Shown piece by piece: positions 1-14,312 of a stretch of 64,000 bases of DNA. The notes under the pieces are model-generated. The model saw only the letters and a program-made list of their open reading frames with translations, made no database searches and was not told the origin of the DNA. The stretch lies in the NCBI RefSeq assembly GCF_021869535.1, contig NW_026262712.1:10106001-10170000 (forward strand), written 5' to 3'. Position numbers and translations under genes: made by a program. Every line of letters begins with the position of its first letter. Positions within the stretch are counted from its first letter, which is position 1. The DNA is from Mytilus californianus. Its lineage: Eukaryota.

Positions 1-353
1 TTGTGTCTGGTATCTTTCGCACCTGTTGCGTATGATATCAATCTATATTTAATTAATTGATCACAGATAGAAAAGTACGTGAAAAAAGTGTGAATTGGAA
101 TAGGGAATGTGTCAAAGAGACAACAACCCGAACAAAGAATCAGAAAACAGCCAAGGTCACCGAATGGTCTTCAACATAGCGAGAAAATCACAGACCCGGA
201 GACGGGCCTTAGCCGGTCCTTAATAAAAAATATGTACTAGTTCAGTGAAAATGGACGTCATACTAAAACCAATCACCAGATATAAATGATTACAAAAGGC
301 AAAAGTAACCATTTTTTGGGGGCTATGTGAGAAAAAAATATAACATTACATAC

Positions 354-583
354 ACCAGTTATATCAATCCAGGCAGTATTGAAGAATGTAGTGTCTATTT
401 TCCCATCATCTAGATGAGCCAAGTAGTTCCTGTAATACTTGATTCTTGACAAATCAGCACCTTGTGTGACTTCAACTGTATGTGGTAAACAGTCATATCC
501 ACCAGCAGGAGGAATCATAGGAGTCAAATGTCGAAGTAATGTTATCATCAACGTGACATCAAACGTTTTTGAATCGGGAACAT
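354..583 (-). CDS. HEPN (DZIP3-like) gene copy A, coding exon 2 (catalytic HEPN half); gene continues beyond the left edge
   Basis: Acceptor ttttag| at 586-584 and donor |GTATGT at 353; 230 nt, phase 1 to 0. Encodes (D)VPDSKTFDVTLMITLLRHL...RIKYYRNYLAHLDDGKIDTTFFNTAWIDITG with HEPN R-x4-H motif RNYLAH. Near-identical to 20893-21122. Confidence 0.85.
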
Positions 584-2557
584 CTAAAAATAAGAGAGCG
601 GACACATATAAAACAAATACTCAGGGGTGATGTTTGTCTAGTTGGGGTTAACAAAACATGTTCTGAAGGCACTTAATCAGAAACGTCCTAAACATATATA
701 TTTTAAACACAGTCATAAAAAGTAATATAAAACCAAGTACGTATATAAGAATAGTGTAATAGTTAGTGTATACTCTGACATCTTGAGGCATCTAAGAACT
801 TACTGGTGGTGAGTTTAATGTCACAAAATGTCATCCGAATAATTGAATCTTTTGTCGACAGGCTAGCATACGCACTCATTTATTTGTGTTTGAAGATTTT
901 CTTGTGCTATGATATAATTACGTGAATATTTCTGTATGGGCCTTGTTATTGGTCCGAGGCTTGCTGCAACAAAACCCAATATAGATAATGTGAACAACGT
1001 AATTGTATGTGCTTAGGAAGGATATACTATCCATCAGTACATTTAAAGAGTTTTTAGGAAAGATGTCATATGCAGTATGAAAATAGCATGACCTTGTGCA
1101 ATACCAAAATATTAGTAACGGCAGAATGCATCAACATATTAAAGGTCTGAATAACAGGCTAGCATTATATGTCTGGTAGTTTCGCATTAAACCTTTGAAT
1201 TTTAAATCAATGCTAGTACTAAATAAGGCATTATTCGATGATCGCACTACAGTTTTAGGTAAAAAACATTCTTAGGACAAATAAATTGACCGTATCTTAC
1301 ACAATGTAATCAAGAAGAAGCTCATTCCAGGATTACTTCTTGCTACCGTTACTTACTCATACTTACATGTACATTTTTTAATTCTATAAATTAAACGTTA
1401 CACAGGTTGGGAACACACACCCTATATGGTGATGATACCTTCAGAGAGTGATTCACCCTTTAAAGAGGAATAAAATTATTTCTCTTCAGAGGGATATATT
1501 TGTTAAAATTGGATTTTCATCAGGAAGATGGCAAAAGTGTATTTTCTAGTTTTTTTCCCATAACCCGTAGCATTATAGGTATCTTTTATCACACTTTTCT
1601 AAAATTAAGATGCCCATTTTTGTGCTTAGGTGCAAAAACTTGCAACCTATCTGAACACCTGACCAACAATAAAAGGGATATTTGACCTTTCAACTTTATG
1701 TCTTACAATAGAAATCAGGATGTCCATTGAGACATCACTCAGAGGAATTTATCCAATCATGACCATCAATGTTCAAGGATAATAGTTTTTTTAATTTTCT
1801 TCATGACCCAAATTCTTCAAAGTTAACAGGGGGTGAAACAATGAATGTGACTTAAAATAACCAGTTAACAATTATTTCTGATGAATTGCAAACTGATGAG
1901 AGAACATTGTATGTATTAGGTTAAAAGTGATTTTTAAACTTTTGGAATCAAAGGCAAACTATTGGAGTTGTTGTCACATGGGTATACATATAACTATTTT
2001 CAGCATCCTGTCATGTGTCAGCAATAACAAGAAATCACAATTATGACAAAAAGCAAACGTTGGGTATATGAACAAACAATCAGCTTTCTATAAAAGTTCT
2101 AACTAGACACCTGTTCGAGGTGTTAATGAGAAAGTCCATGAATAATTAATCCAAAATTTTAACAGCCTGTCATTTGTGAAAAAATCTATTGAAAATCTTA
2201 ATCCGAACAATATGCATACCTTCAGTATATGTATCTTTATCTTGCATATCATGAAATGACTGTAGGAGGCTGTTTTGTCGAACAAACAAAATAACTTGCA
2301 TGTTTAATTTTGACGAAGTTCATCAATCTGTAATATTTTTGAAAAAAAAATCAATCGTGACTATTTATCTACTTTATCACGAATAGTCTAACACTCTTCA
2401 TAGTATAAAGTTTCTTGTTATTTGTGAAGATTATTTGTTATTCTTTTGATGTTTTACACGTGCATCCATTTATTCAAACACATCTCTTTTCTTGAAAGGA
2501 TGTCTTGGTAATAGGCGGTTTGATTGAGCAGAATAAAAATCAGATTTCTGTACCTAC

Positions 2558-2780
2558 CTGGATTTCTTGGGAACAGGAGATTCCACTGAGACTGGTTTAT
2601 TATGTGCTTTGATTTAAGGTCTTTCAGTTTGGTATACTCTTTTTTTATTGAGGCATCAAGGCATATTGGTGCAAATTCACTATCAAACAAAGATCTTACT
2701 CCACGTGGGGAAACCCCCGTGATTAACAAACTCATTCTGACATAGTTTTCTTCCTCTGTTGACAGGTACGCCGCTGCCAT
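2558..2780 (-). CDS. HEPN (DZIP3-like) gene copy A, coding exon 1
   Basis: ATG at 2780, MAAAYLSTEEENYVRMSLLITGVSPRGVRSLFDSEF...QWNLLFPRNP, donor G|GTAGGT at 2557. 223 nt, phase 1, joins exon 2 in frame. Upstream acceptor tttcag| at 2852-2850. Same length as the copy B exon. Confidence 0.85.
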
Positions 2781-3554
2781 TTGAGTTACTTTATATCAAC
2801 CCAATATTGCTTCTCAGCAAGATTCATGTATTATACCAAATCCAAGAACCTGAAATGTAAGAAGTCATTAGATAGTATACCGTATATCTGAATTATTTGT
2901 GTACTTTACTACTGTATATCTCAAGATCTGTAAAGGTTGTTTCTGTTTTCAATTACAGGTTTATACCAACAAAAAAGAAATTTAAAAAAAAACTTATCTT
3001 ATCAAAGTCGAAAACATCATTTCATTTCACAAAAAAAAAAGCCTGAATGATTTTAAACATACTTTTTCATTTTAAGTCGTAACATTTCTGTGTACAAAAA
3101 CTAAGTCATTTTGAATATATTGCATATCAGCACAAAATGGATAGCTGTTTTACGTGTATCATTAAAACATGAACTGTAAGCTCACTGGTATAAAAGATTA
3201 CTTTTCCATTAACAAAATAACAGTTAAATCTCCGAATAGATTCAATGTTCACACACATTACATGTATTCCAAAAGTTAAATCTCACAAATATCTTTTAGT
3301 TCTTTCTTGTCATTACTATATAAATGATGCATATGTCAAAGAACAAAGTACGATAAGGCCTATTTTTTTAAAGTTCATCCAAACAGACTTCAAACCTCAG
3401 GGAATATTTTAACATAATAAGTAGCTTTCCAAAACCGAATCTGAAAAATGAGAAAAAAAGGGGGGGGGGGGAAGGGGGGGGCCAAAACATGCCTTATCGT
3501 AACTTGTCCTTTATGCATATTGTGAGACAATTAAGCATAGTAACATTTTTTTAA

Positions 3555-3782
3555 AAAGAGGGTCGAAAGATACCAGAGGGACATTCAAACTCATAAATAG
3601 AAAATAAACAGACAACGCCATGGCTAAAAAAGAAACAGACAAACAGACAAAAAGTAGTACACAAAACACAACATAGAAAAATAATGACTAAGAAACACGA
3701 ACCCTAAGAAAAACCGAGGGTGATCTTAGGTGCTCCTAAAGGGTAAACGGATCCTGCTCTACATGTGGTACCCGTCGTATTA
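3555..3782 (+). repeat. Interspersed repeat family D
   Basis: gaaagataccagagggacattcaaactcat...gacaacgccatggctaaaaa...ggggtgatct; related segments at 7230-7310, 11640-11740(-), 21290-21430(-) and 45060-45270. Confidence 0.7.
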
Positions 3783-4469
3783 TAACTTAAAATAATCAGC
3801 TAATGAAGTTAAATGTAATTGTGAATTGGCGAATCTTGTCTATGATTTTTTTTCTATACATGATAAAATAAACACAACATTGTCATATAGTTACGACATG
3901 AAGGCTATGTATAAAGAAAACCAGCAGTGCTACCTTCACATGATTTTAAGTCACACATTCCTGATAACGGTACTTTCATTTGCCTTTTACAAAATAACTA
4001 CGTTCTTTTATCGAACTGTCAATGCAAACACTTTAAGTTGCTCAACTGTGTCCTCATTGATTTTTGAAACACCACGACGATTGTGCAACAAATTAAAACA
4101 TTCTACAAGATTAGGTAAATTCAATAGTGTTCCATATTTGCAGCCACACTATCAAATATTCTTTTAAGGTTGTAGTCATTCTGAAGCGAACAAAAAGTCT
4201 TAAAAAGATGTCTGATTTTAAAGTTTGATACAAGAAAAGGACAAATGACGTCATACTGGAATGTGTTAAAGACTAGATCAACATTTCGCGGAATTTTAGT
4301 TTAAAACATTGAGAGCGTTGACCATAAGACAAATAGGTTCAACAACTTGTGAAAATCGGATATCGCTTAGTACCAACTCTCGTTACTTTATTTAAGAAGG
4401 CTCGTTTATTATTATATTATATAAATAACTCGAGTTGATATCATGCGATATCCCATTCTCACTCCTTAT

Positions 4470-5100
4470 CTATAATACTAAAATAACGAGGTCCAATTTG
4501 TTAGTCGTCATGGGTTAAAAACGACAAATCAAAGAATTCAACTTTATATATAGCTAATATAGGACAATGGCGTTGATTTAAAATTACACCATTCCAGACC
4601 CTTTTGTTTTCCACATAATTAATATTGCCAATAATTAACAAGTTCCGGGTCGAATCCGATACCGATACCAATAGTATATTCACCTGTTACATATTACCTT
4701 ATCTGTACGTTCCGCATCTGTCATGCGCACCACCAAACGGTGTATTAAGGATTTGCTATATACACGGGTCATAATCACTGGGTTGACACTACTAAATTCA
4801 ATCATTGTCACATTGTTTCCTATTGTAGTATTTTAATCAGCATGACTTTATAAGATGAATACGAATACTAAAAATCTAGACTTAAAATAAGGCGTATAGG
4901 CACAGTTTCCAATTTGTTAGCCGGCATGACGTAAAAACGGCGAATCAAATGATTCAACTTGATTTATAACCAATATAGGACAATGCTGTTGATTAAAATT
5001 ACTCCATTCCAGGCCCTTTTGTTTTCCAAATAATTAATATTACCAATAATTGATAAGTTCCAGGTCAACGGGTTCAAACAGAAAAATTTTGAAAGCAGAT
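4470..5100 (+). repeat. Direct repeat (about 200-bp units, about 410 bp apart) within an interspersed element
   Basis: ccaatttgttag...aatataggacaatg...ccattccag...aataattaatatt occurs at about 4493 and 4910. Confidence 0.7.
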
Positions 5101-5929
5101 GACAATACCAATACTAAAAATCCAGGCTAAAATGAGGCTTACACATAGTTATATACTTTAATTCAGTCACGGACCCGCTATATAGCGGGTGTGTTCTGGT
5201 AAAACCTATAATTACAGGTGGAGTATTCAGGATTTTAGAAAATACTTGTTTTAAATAAAATTCGAAATATTGGGTCATGGTAAATTGTGTTGCAGTCATT
5301 TTAAGCAAAGATTGGCTATATTTTTGTCCAAATATTACAAAAAAGTAAAAAAAAAATATCGATCGAATATCGAATTCCGAATAAAATTCAAATTGGTAAG
5401 TCCCTTATCAAATGGCAAAATCAAAAGCTCAAACACATCAAACGAATGGAAAGAACTTCTGTCATATTCCCGGCGTATTACAGATATTTCTTTGTAGAAC
5501 ATGGTCGATGAAACCTGGATTATAGCTAGCTAAACATTTCACTTGTATGACATTTGCATCAAATTGCACGATATTGAGAACAAAGTGAGAACACAACAGA
5601 CATAATAAATAAAAAAGAAAAAAGTAGGGGTACAGCATGCAACATTGTGTTATAATCTTAATCAGAATGAAAATAAACAAATATGTATACAAAGAAAAAA
5701 CTAAAAGCCATTTAGACAAAGTACATCAGCAAAAATGAAAGCCATGAACTTGAATACAAACAAATGACCACAACACAACAATATAATGGCGGGATACATA
5801 AGTACGTACACACCCACGCCAAAATGATATCATCTAGACTGGACTGAACAGTTAAGGTTTATAATTTACAAAAAAAGAGGACACTATAACATGCAATTTA
5901 GATAAAGTACCTAGAATATTAGGAATATT

Positions 5930-6900
5930 ATGAAATTGATCGTAATATTTATCAACAAGGTGAACGTATTTTTCGATGATCTTTTTATTTTAAAGACGAG
6001 GCGTTCTCTGACATATTCCTTGTTCGTTAACCTTCTGCTTAGACACTGGTGACGTTTTATTAACCTGAGTAGCAGCTGTAATCTTTTAAAAACCGAATGA
6101 GTTGGGAAGTGTATATATATGCAGGTGAAGTTGATATTTTGCTTCTGAGCTGGTGGAAATTGTTAATTTAACAAAAACTAAAATCGTCTCGTTTGTCACA
6201 GTTTCTGATACTGTTTATCCAAAATTTGAGGTGTTAGTCTGAAATGAGGCCGATTAGGCCGCGTTTTTTTTTTTTTCTTTTTTTTTTTTTTTAATTTCTA
6301 AATTTTTAAAAATATATACCAATAGAACTCAATCAGAAAAATTTGGGTTGTTAATGAAAAGAAAGAAAAAAAAATCAATATTTCTAAATGTGAGATTAAA
6401 TGATTTGACTTCTTTGTTCTTCTACTGATCACTTGTTCTTCTTTGTAGTATTTTCTACCTTTTTGTTCACTCTTAACAAACTATGCTAAAATTAATAAAA
6501 TTTATAGCGTATACTACCATTTTTATAATGAAAAGCATTGTTGATAATTTCTTTTAAACGATTTTTCAATTTCACATTGGGAATGGTGGTATATTGGGTT
6601 GAAAATTCAAAAGTTTTGATAGTATTAATTAAAGTGAAAGATTGAAAATAAAAATTTTCCGGAAGTTTTTTAGAATCATCATATGATTAATACCACTACG
6701 CGAATAAACAGTTTCACAGTATTTCTAAAGACTATAATCATTGCGGAAAACCTAATGGACAAATATTTTTGTAGAACGTGCAGATGAGCCCGCAATGTAC
6801 CGTTATTTTTTTGAATTTTGTGAAACTCAAGTATATAATACAAACAGTAAGAAATAAAAATTTGCTGTTCCATATCGTGATCGTTGAAGCCATGCCATGC
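5930..6900 (-). mobile_element. Decayed Penelope-like reverse transcriptase fragment
   Basis: Broken-frame peptides KYCETVYSRSGINHM, YTTIPNVKLKNRLKEIINNAFHYKNG, SPAYIYTSQLIRF. Confidence 0.6.
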
Positions 6901-8299
6901 CTAGTCAAATGATATGTTTTTGTGAGTGCTCATTTATTCTTATTGTTTTACAAGACTACTCGTATTACATATTAGTACGGCCTACATACGAAGACAATAT
7001 TATTTGAATATTTGTCCACAGAAAAAACAACATATTCATCATGGAGAGATTAACAATTTGTATTAATTCTAATGGCTTGTTTGTATATTAAATGAAGCAT
7101 GGCTTTATTGGTCTAGTTTACATACATATTTATGAAATATATTTCAATGTTCATTATAAAACAACGGATGGCACCGATGAGATTCCTGACTTTGAAGAAA
7201 TAGATTAAGAAGTAGTTATTCCGATCTGTTCTAAAAGAGAGGCGAAAGATACCAGCGGGACAGTTAAACTCATTGATTGAAAATATACTGACAACGCCAT
7301 GGCTAAAAAATATCTCCAAAGGTATTAGTATAAGAAGTGGATAAAAGAAAAGACGACATTACGTAAAGATAAGGGTATTAGAATTAGATGCAATTAATCG
7401 TTTAAAGAGTAGAAACCCTAATGAAATAACGCCTTACCATATTGTTGTAATCCAATTTTCCTACCTGTAGATTAATAAAATTCAAAACGGAAAGTCCCTA
7501 ATCAAATGACAACATGAAAAACTCTTACACATCAAACGAATTGATAATAACTGTCTTATTCCTGACTTGGAACATGAATTTTCTTATGTAGACTGTGGTA
7601 GCTTAAACCTGCTTTTATAGCTAGCCAAACCTCTCACTTGTATGACAGTCACATTAAATTCCATTATATTGTCAATGATGTGTGAACAAATAAAACAGAC
7701 TTAATAGGTAAAAAAAGGAATTTGAAAACTTGATTAATCGACCTGTTTATGAACCAATTTCGCATGAAAAAATATTTCGCATTTCATAATGTGAGCGCAG
7801 GAATTAATGAATTTCATAAATTCCTTCAACGATATTGAGAAATAAAGTGTATACTAGTATTCCAACTTTTAATCAACTGATTTTTGTTACTGGGCGAACA
7901 CGAATTGTCACGAGGCTTTTTTGAGAGTCAATAAAGCATGCAAACATCCTCTTTAAGAATACATTTAGATTACACGAACTTGGAATTTCGGGATTTTGGA
8001 TAATGACTAAGCGTCTTGGTATGTCATTCCAGGAATTAAAGCTTTAGTTAATATCACAGTTAAAATTCGAATGCCAAAATATAAAATTAACTTCCGGATT
8101 AGATTATGTGATTTAAAAATTGAATCGCCATTGCCCCATTCTACGCAAAAAGCTGTACTAATCCCTAAGACTTCACGATTTCATTACATTTGTACCCAGA
8201 TAAAAACAGCAATACTATCCAAATGTCCAGATGTCGTTAATTTAATCAATAAAAACCTTTATACTTTTTTACAGATACAACGATTTGATTCGAAACATA

Positions 8300-9065
8300 C
8301 TTACTGCCCGGCATGCCATTGTCATGTAGGACAGGAACAAAGGTTTCCATTGTCTCTCTTTTGCCATCTCTTCAACTGATCCCCATGTGTTATTCATGGT
8401 CTTCAGTTCTTCTTCAACAGTATGTTTTAATTATTTTTTTGTCTTCCTCGCCTACGCCTTCCTTCTGGAGTCAAATGTAATGGTATTCTATTGATGGAAT
8501 TTCTATCTCTTCTTATCACATGCCCAATACATTTCCAACGCCTTCTCAGTAAAATTGTACCTATCTTGATTACAGTCTTAGAAGGTCTTCATAGGATATT
8601 TTGTTTGGCCAGAAATTGCGCAGGATTCTTCTTTAGTGTTTGGTTCGATTTCAGAATTACAGAGTAGATAATACACAACTCTGGTACAGTTTATGATTTC
8701 CATACATTGTTTAGTGATCTAAAAATATTTCTTGCATTGTTTATTCTGTGCATGATGTCATTTCCTGCACCTTCATTGTTTCTTATTGTACTTCCTATGT
8801 ATGTTTATGTTTTTGAGATTGGAAGATCTCTTCTATCTATAAGGATAGAAGTTGGGTTATTGATGTTAAGGGTCATGACTTCTGTTTTCGTTTGACTGAT
8901 GTTTAGTCCAACTTGACTGGCAAAATTATTAAGACGGTTTGTTATCTCTTTTAAATGGTGGTGGGGATGTGATAGAGCCAGATCATCGGCAAAATCAAGA
9001 TTTTCTAATGTTGATGAAATGTTCCATCTTATTCCTATTCGAGCATTTTCTGTAGTTTTTCTCAT
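8300..9065 (-). mobile_element. 5'-truncated decayed RTE-clade LINE (RT C-terminus to 3' end)
   Basis: LENLDFADDLAL...FASQVGLNISQTKTEVM, then TYIGS, FWPNKISYEDLL and LTPEGRRRRGRPKK; multiple stops and frameshifts. Confidence 0.75.
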
Positions 9066-9189
9066 TACCCAATGTTAATAATTTGAGAATAGAAATGGGG
9101 ATAGTGTCAACGAGACAACAACCCAACCAAAGAGCAGAAAACAGCAGAACATGTTGAAAACTTATAACTAGTATACATTGCTAGAATAA

Positions 9190-10000
9190 ACTTCAGTACT
9201 TCTTGGTGCTTTACAGAGGCAATTGCTAAAATATAATCTATTGAAAAGAGGACACAAAGCCCTTTTCAAAATTTAAAAAATATTTAAAGGTCATTTAACA
9301 AATATTGAAACCTTACTACATATATTTCACCACATATAGAAAATAATTCTAGCTTATGGAGATAAAATTTGTGGCGCTTTAGATTAAAAAAAAGTTAGCT
9401 GACAAAGGAAATTATTGTTTTGAAAAATTATGCAAAGAACTGTAAACTGAATTAGTTAATTAAAGCATCTGAAAATTTCCACTGGGAGTAGGGAAAAGTA
9501 CAAACATGACGGTGATTTAGGAAGATATCCAATATTTACTGAAGAAATACTGAATATGTTTTCATTTTTCTTTAAATGTCCTGTAACAAGTCAGTACTAT
9601 AGCAATTGTTTACTTAAATCCGTTTCTATGTATGTTGGTTCTGTGTTTCTGTTCTTCTGTTGTTCTCCTCTTAAAGTTGATGTGTTTCCCTCGGTGTTTG
9701 TTTTCCTGATTTTCTTTTTTTGCTTCCTCGAATAATAACTTTTGAGTAACGGTATACTATTGTTGCCATTATTCCATACTAATCACGTGTAACAAATGCA
9801 GATAAACAATTATTGGTTAAAGCCCTCTCTGTATCCAAATCTTTATCGAACAATAGTAAAAAAGTTCATTAAATTTTATGAGTTCATTCGCTATCAAATA
9901 TTTAGACATTGAAGTATAACAAATATATATCCAATTTGAACAGATTTATTTCGAACAAATTTAAATTAAAGTATAATCAGTTATGGTATTAATCTGTAAC
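9190..10000 (+). mobile_element. Decayed non-LTR retrotransposon, post-RT region
   Basis: Broken peptides KALFKI*KIFKGH..IETLLHIFHH..IILAYG and DLGRYPIF..EILNMF typical of LINE ORF2 C-termini. Confidence 0.5.
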
Positions 10001-10719
10001 CGGTGACAGAAAAATATATCATTTCGACATAAGGATGAAATCAGAATAAATAGATTTTTGTATGCGAAATATAAGTTGTGAATCTTATTTGTCTATAGAC
10101 AAAAGGTTTTCATTTGACAAAATTCATAATAAGTAATCTCGAAATAGAGAGAAGGTAGATACAGGGGACCTAAAATTTTCCCAATCTTAATTATCAATCA
10201 CAATTTATTTGACTAATAGTACTGCAAAAAGTAAAATCACAAAAATATTGAACCCCAAGGAAAATTCAAAACGGAAAGTCCCTAATCAGATGGCAAAATC
10301 AAACGATAAAACACATCAAACGAATGGACAACAACTGTCATATTCCTGACTTGGTACAGGCATTTTCAAATGTAGAAAACGGTGGATTGAACCTGGCCTC
10401 GAAAAAGACGCTTAGTTAACGAGTTTAGTGTACCGGAACATCACACGATTAGAAATTGTTTTAAAGGAAAGAGTAATATCTATATTTCAATTTTTGTCTG
10501 GTCATAAAATGTTTCTTTTGTCAGTTTAAGGTGTACCACTCTATTTACGATTGCGGGTAGTACCTTAAAATCTATAAAAAAAGGTTTTGTTCAATTTCAA
10601 AGTATGTGTCGATGTACCTATTATTAAGAACCATCATATTGCTAAAGACATAGATGTAATACCATCCAAGAATAAAACTTTAAAACTTCAAGGTAGCTGT
10701 CCTAGCTTGTACAAAAAAA

Positions 10720-11075
10720 AGTAGAATCACAAAAATACTGAACTCCGAGGAAAATTCAAAAAGGAAAGTTCCTTATCAAACGGCAAAATCAAAATCTCAA
10801 ACACATCAAACGAATGGATAACAACTGTCATATTTCTGACTTGGTAAAGGCATTTTCTTATGTAGACCATGGTTATTTGAACCTCGTTTTATAGCTAGCT
10901 AGACCTCTCACTTGTTTGACAGTCGCATCACATTCCATTATATTGACAACAATGCGTGAACAATACAAACAGACACAATAGGCAAAAATGTAAAAAATAG
11001 GTGTACAGCAGTCAACATTGTGTTATCATTTTAATCACTAGAAAAACAAACAAATATAACAATGAAGCACAAAAA
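10720..11075 (+). repeat. Interspersed repeat family B
   Basis: aatcacaaaaatactgaactccgaggaaaattcaaaa...aaacacatcaaacgaatgga... also at about 5385-5720, 7478-7715, 10230-10395, 11750-11990(-) and 17805-18170(-). Confidence 0.85.
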
Positions 11076-13134
11076 GGCTTTTTTATTATACGATTTTATT
11101 TATCTATGTAAAATCCACCGATAAAGGTGACAAGTCAGCAATATGATAGTTGTTTTCCGTTCGTTAGATGTGTTCTGATTATTAAAAATTTCAAATTAGT
11201 CAATTTGCTCCATCATTTATATTTACATTTATGACGTTCAGTCATTAGGTCGAGTTGCTCCACAATGAATTTGATTGTGTCGATGTAATTTTGTACATAT
11301 TCTTTGATTAATAAGATAATTTTTAGAATTGTGTTTAACATTTTGTTATGTCGGGACCTTTTATACCTTGATTATAATATATTGCAGCATGGGTTTTGCT
11401 CATTGTTCGAAGGCGACCTATATTTGCTTACATCCACGTGATTGGTATCTAGTGGTTATATGACTCGTTTACATTCATTTTAAATCTCCGTATTTTTTAT
11501 CTGATGAAATAGCAAGTCAAAATATAATTTCACAGAGGGATTTAATGTAAACTTTGACCATTAAAGTCAGACATTGCGACTTTCTAATCTTCATCAAAAT
11601 TATTGGAGCAATACACACGAATATTTACCGACTTTGTAATAACATGAGCAACACGACGGGTGCCTCATGTGGAGCAGCACCTGAAATCACCCCAGTTTTT
11701 GGTGGGGTTCGTGTTGTTGTTGTGGCCCTATTTGTGACATTTTGTTCACGCATCTTTCTTTGTCAATCTAATGGAATTTGATGCGACTGTCGTACAAGTG
11801 AGAGGTTTAGCGCTATAAAACCAGGTTCAATCCATCATTTTCTACATTTGAAAATGCCTGTACCAAGTCAGGAATATGACAGTTGTTGTCCATTCGTTTG
11901 ATGTGTTTTGTCATATGATTTTGCCATGTGATTAGGGACTTTCTGATTGAATTTTCCTTGGAGTTCAGTATTTTTGTGATTTTACTTTTTGCAGTACTAT
12001 TAGTCAAATAAATTGTGATTGATAATTAAGATTGGGAAAATTTTAGGTCCCCTGTATCTACCTACAATAAAAGTTGACATAAACCACGCTTCAAGAAAAT
12101 AGTTGTGATAAGTGTAAACAGTTTTTGCTACGCTCATGCAACCCATCTTGTAAAATATTTTGTCCTTAAACACTCCATCAACTATCATACATGCTTTGAT
12201 CTTTCTCGGGATAAATATATGTATATGACATAGTAAATGGCTGATCGACATGGATTTTTACACATACTTTGTTTCTTCGTATTTGCTTTTAATAAATTGT
12301 ATATTGTTCATTGGGAAGAGTTTTAAAATTAATATCAGTTATTCTATTTAACTTTTGATACAGATACTTAAAATTGATTATTGAGTCAGAACCAAAGTGA
12401 TAAATAGTGTCGTACAACAATTGTAAATTAGGCACTAGAGTCGCTTCATCTTTCAGGAAATTAGAAATATTTACTACAATATAATCACTTGACCTATGAA
12501 GACAGTATCAACGGCTTAAATACATTTCTTATATACTTTTTTAATATTGAATGATGGTCTTTGACTAACAGCATCAGGGAGGTAGCAATTATCTGAGCCT
12601 GTATTAAACGGGATTTGGTCAGAATAGTTAGGCGTTAGTCTGGTGTTGGTGTAAAATCATTCATAAGAATATAACTAAAATATAAGAACAAATAAAACAA
12701 ATCCAATCATATATTTGGAATCATATGAATGGTTTTATACTACAAAACAGTCTTATTTTTTGTAAAATTTTCATAGATAAAACACATATTACAGATAGAA
12801 TACTATGGAAATAGGATGATAATAATAGACATTCTGAACCGGAAAGCAATTTGATGTTGCAAATCACAAAAGAAGCACATTATATGAGTTTGGACTATTG
12901 ATACTCAAACTGTTGATTGAATGCATCAACCCAAATTATTCATAATGCTGAGTAAATATTCTACTTTAATATTTAGATAATTAACTATATTGGAATAACG
13001 CGACAAAAAGAATAATATTTTATCGATGTTCAAACTATCAGTACCATATATAAAGTGAATCGTGACACATGTTAATCAATCATCGTTATAAATCTTAAAC
13101 TAAAAATGTATGTTCATTACTCTATAAATATACA

Positions 13135-13560
13135 ATATATGTATGTTGTCGGAAAATATAAAATTTATTTGTATGAGCTTTAGAAACAGGACGAAAAGCG
13201 AGGCTCCGCCGAGCTTTTCTCCTGTTTCAAAGCGAGTACAAATAAATTTTATATTTCCGACAATGTACATATATTGTGTTTATCCTGAAATTACTCCCAA
13301 CACTTGAAACTTCAGTTATTAAAATCTAAATCATTGTCTCTAATTTCTCAATGAAATCGACATGGTTGAAACGCGGACCGCGAAGAGAACCCCAAAATGA
13401 ACTGGTTCGGAAACAGAAATATTCATATTACCGCTTGCTCAACATGGAAGTGGGGTAACAGGAGGCTTTATTTGTACATGTACAAATAAAGCAAAAATTT
13501 ATTTGTATACCTGTTATTTGTATAATAGATGGCTAATTGCAGGATAAATACTGAATATCA
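13135..13560. mobile_element. Long-hairpin element (hairpin + short-IR module)
   Basis: About 130-bp palindrome centred near 13206, followed by a segment bounded by ttatcctgaaatta / taattgcaggataa. Confidence 0.6.
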
Positions 13561-14312
13561 TAAAAACATATTCCGCACTTCATTTATTCTTATATATGCT
13601 TGTACAGCACGGGAGAATAACTGACCAAAATATACGTATTACAGTCGGTGAATCCTCATATTCTATCCCATTGAAGGAAAACATAGACGTACTTAAACAC
13701 ATACATATATATCCAAATCAACATCTTTAATGATAATAATTGAAAAAAAGGATATAGCATATATTTTAACCAGCCACAGGCATTAAAAAACAACCATAAC
13801 ATTGAAAGTAAAGCAACTTTCTAGATATGAAACAAATTACAATCATTATTTCGTCATTGTATCAGCACTTCTTATATTGTAAATCTTATATAAAGTAAAA
13901 AATATAGTGGTATTGATTCATGATTCTTCTTTAACTGTCAGACATTGATGATCATTGAATACAAATTCATTGTTTCCTTGAACAGAAATATTATGTTATT
14001 GATGTGCATATTCTTTATCTGTTTCAGTTCTATTTATAGTCAAACATTAAAGGGTATATCTCCTTTTGCATTGCTCTGATTCTTTGTCCGGTTTTTGCTA
14101 TGCTTGTGCTTTTTTAGGGGGGGGGGTAATATTGTTTTTAACGTTTGTATTAGATTTTGGAATATCCAATGTGTTAGACTCTTAAATCGCCGAACAAATA
14201 ATAAGTGCAGAAGTTGACATCTGTTGCAGTGGAATTTGTACCGTTAATGATTTCTACGGTCTCTCCTTTTCAATATGACAAATACAACATTAGCAAATGA
14301 AGATTAAAAATC

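Noticed and set aside
780-1330. Possible decayed Penelope GIY-YIG endonuclease remnant
   Set aside because: Only faint resemblance (FNVTKC, NVIVC, RMHQHI); too degenerate to support.
354-2780. Copy A as an assembly duplicate (haplotig) of copy B
   Set aside because: Exon 1 is substantially diverged and the introns are unrelated, so these are true paralogs.
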